DNA of 59,086 nucleotides from a virus (lineage: Duplodnaviria; Caudoviricetes). The stretch covers positions 1 to 59,086 of IMG/VR virus record IMGVR_UViG_3300008108_000133. One strand, given 5' to 3'. Shown here in pieces: positions 57,531-59,086 of the stretch; the stretch's first letter is position 1, and each line of letters starts with the position of its first letter. Both the position numbers and the translations under genes were made by a program. The notes under the pieces were generated by a model. The model saw only the letters and a list, made by a program, of their open reading frames with translations, did not search any database and was not told where the DNA came from.

Positions 57531-58279
57531 TGGCAAGAAAAAACATGAAGAACCCCGTTCCATTTGGAACTAGCAATAGACAAATGAAGAAAAAGAAGCC
57601 AATCAGTTCCGATTATATGAAGAGGATTGAACCTCTTACAGATAATCAAGAAGCACTTTTTAAATCTTATAACCTACAACAAAACTTAGTTGCTTATGGT
57701 TGTGCTGGTACGGGTAAAACTTTTATCACTTTGTATAATGCTTTGAGAGATGTTCTAGATGAAAGAACGCCATATGAAAAAATTTATATCGTTCGTTCTC
57801 TTGTAGCAACGAGAGAAATTGGTTTTCTTCCTGGAGATCATGAAGACAAATCCTCTCTTTATCAAATTCCGTACAAGAATATGGTAAAGTATATGTTTGA
57901 AATGCCAGATGATGCATCCTTCGAGATGCTCTATGGTAATTTGAAGACTCAGGGAACAATTAGTTTCTGGAGTACTTCTTTTATTCGTGGAACAACTTTG
58001 GACAATGCAATTATTATTGTTGATGAATTCCAGAACCTCAACTTTCATGAATTGGATTCAATGATCACTCGTGTTGGTGAAAACTCTAAAATTATGTTCT
58101 GTGGAGACGCAACTCAAAGTGATCTTGTCAAAACAAACGAAAAGAATGGTATTATTGATTTTATGAGAATTCTTAGAGTTATGCCATCGTTTGATATTAT
58201 TGAGTTTGAAGCAGAAGATATTGTTCGTTCTGGTCTTGTTAAAGAATATATTCTCGCAAAAATGGAATTGAATCTCTGA
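57530..58279 (+). CDS. phoH: PhoH-family ATPase
   Basis: GCAGTGKT Walker A, REIGFLPG, RGTTLD, VDEFQN, GDATQSD. Confidence 0.95.
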   Translation: MARKNMKNPVPFGTSNRQMKKKKPISSDYMKRIEPLTDNQEALFKSYNLQQNLVAYGCAGTGKTFITLYNALRDVLDERTPYEKIYIVRSLVATREIGFLPGDHEDKSSLYQIPYKNMVKYMFEMPDDASFEMLYGNLKTQGTISFWSTSFIRGTTLDNAIIIVDEFQNLNFHELDSMITRVGENSKIMFCGDATQSDLVKTNEKNGIIDFMRILRVMPSFDIIEFEAEDIVRSGLVKEYILAKMELNL

Positions 58280-58944
58280 TGTTTAATCATGTTGAATTAG
58301 ATCTCCCTAGACTTGAAAGGGAAACAATTGATGGAGTTCGCTATTATAAGGTTCCAACTAAAGATGAATTAAAAAAACTCATCTCTATCACATCAGTAAC
58401 AAGTAATTACAAAAAGGAATTCTTTAACGAATGGCGTAAGAGAGTTGGAGTAGAAAAGGCAGACGCTATTACAAGAAAAGCAACCAGTCGTGGAACTGAT
58501 ATGCATACTCTTGTAGAGCATCATCTTAAGAATGAAGAACTTCCTACAGTTCAACCTTTGTCACAACAATTATTCTATATTGCTAAACCTGCTCTGAATC
58601 GTATAAATAATATTCATGCTCTAGAAGGTTCTCTTTATAGTGAATTTTTGGGTATTGCGGGCACAGTAGATTGCATCGCAGAATTTGATGGAGAACTTTC
58701 TATCATTGATTTTAAGACTTCAGCAAAACCAAAACCAAGAGAATGGATTGAAGGTTATTTCGTACAATGTTGTGCATATGCTTGTATGCTTCACGAAATG
58801 ACTGGATTATCTGTCAAGAAATTCGTAATTATTATGGCATGTGAAAATGGTGATGTGGAAGTATATGAAGAAAGAGATAAAGAAAAATACATTAGACTTC
58901 TTGTTAAGTATATTAAAAAATTCTTAAATGATAAGTTGTCTTGA
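58279..58944 (+). CDS. PD-(D/E)XK (RecB/Cas4-like) exonuclease
   Basis: SITSV, RGTDMH, AGTVDC...IIDFKTS, Q..AYA. Confidence 0.9.
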   Translation: MFNHVELDLPRLERETIDGVRYYKVPTKDELKKLISITSVTSNYKKEFFNEWRKRVGVEKADAITRKATSRGTDMHTLVEHHLKNEELPTVQPLSQQLFYIAKPALNRINNIHALEGSLYSEFLGIAGTVDCIAEFDGELSIIDFKTSAKPKPREWIEGYFVQCCAYACMLHEMTGLSVKKFVIIMACENGDVEVYEERDKEKYIRLLVKYIKKFLNDKLS

Positions 58945-59018
58945 CAATAAGGATTGTTTATGTTATTCTTTATTAAAGTTGTTATGAGGAAAAATTGTCA
59001 CCATCACTAATAGAATTA

Positions 59019-59086
59019 ATGGAGTCACAAGTAGAAAAGGAATTCGAGAAAGTACTCGAAAAAAAATTTTTCTGTCCATCTAGATT
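59019..59086 (+). CDS. 5' end of probable gp33 late-transcription coactivator (truncated by window)
   Basis: MESQVEKEFEKVLEKKFFCPSR; usual position after phoH-exonuclease; TTGACA-N17-TATTCT at 58941. Confidence 0.55.
   Translation, partial: MESQVEKEFEKVLEKKFFCPSR

Noticed and set aside
58279-58944. Cas4-like nuclease as evidence of a CRISPR system
   Set aside because: Standard T4-like cyanophage exonuclease in its usual phoH-exonuclease-gp33 context; no array
1-59086. tRNA genes, hli genes, integrase/att sites, stop-codon reassignment
   Set aside because: No cloverleaf or T-loop signature, Hli motif or recombinase noticed by eye; known genes end normally under code 11

Overview
AT-rich segment of a large T4-like cyanophage genome (Kyanoviridae-like myovirus; a freshwater Synechococcus/Cyanobium host is inferred, not shown). 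Left arm (1-11.5 kb): small membrane/secreted hypotheticals, a thermonuclease, a 1203-aa collagen-like (Gly-Thr-Gln) virion protein and a subtilisin. Photosynthesis region (11.5-21 kb): intact psbA with a PhotoRC-II-like leader RNA, and a psbD with a clean in-frame internal deletion of about 67 codons. Each is followed by a terminator, a promoter and a free-standing homing endonuclease. Between psbA and psbD is a minus-strand island (14.3-18.6 kb) that starts at a late promoter and a highly structured ~200-nt leader RNA. It encodes a strongly expressed helical protein, two fibre/collagen paralogues, a papain-like protease, an unannotated 46-aa peptide that is 50% Tyr, further Tyr- and Pro-rich proteins and a membrane-anchored coiled coil. 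This is the best candidate for an undescribed system (coat/matrix-like). Centre (21.5-52.3 kb): three RCC1-type propeller proteins (7+7+14 blades; constant scaffold, variable loops) and tail-fibre genes, five consecutive ones ending in D[GS]GxF. These are interleaved with many 2OG-Fe(II) oxygenases, glycosyl-, sulfo- and methyltransferases and a radical SAM fusion. Right arm: core cyanophage genes (glutaredoxin, speD, thyX, phoH, exonuclease, start of gp33) and an NtcA-like box with a tandem glutamine riboswitch before a DUF4278-like peptide. No tRNA, CRISPR array, integrase or reverse transcriptase was seen. All family assignments come from motif recognition by eye, without database searches.
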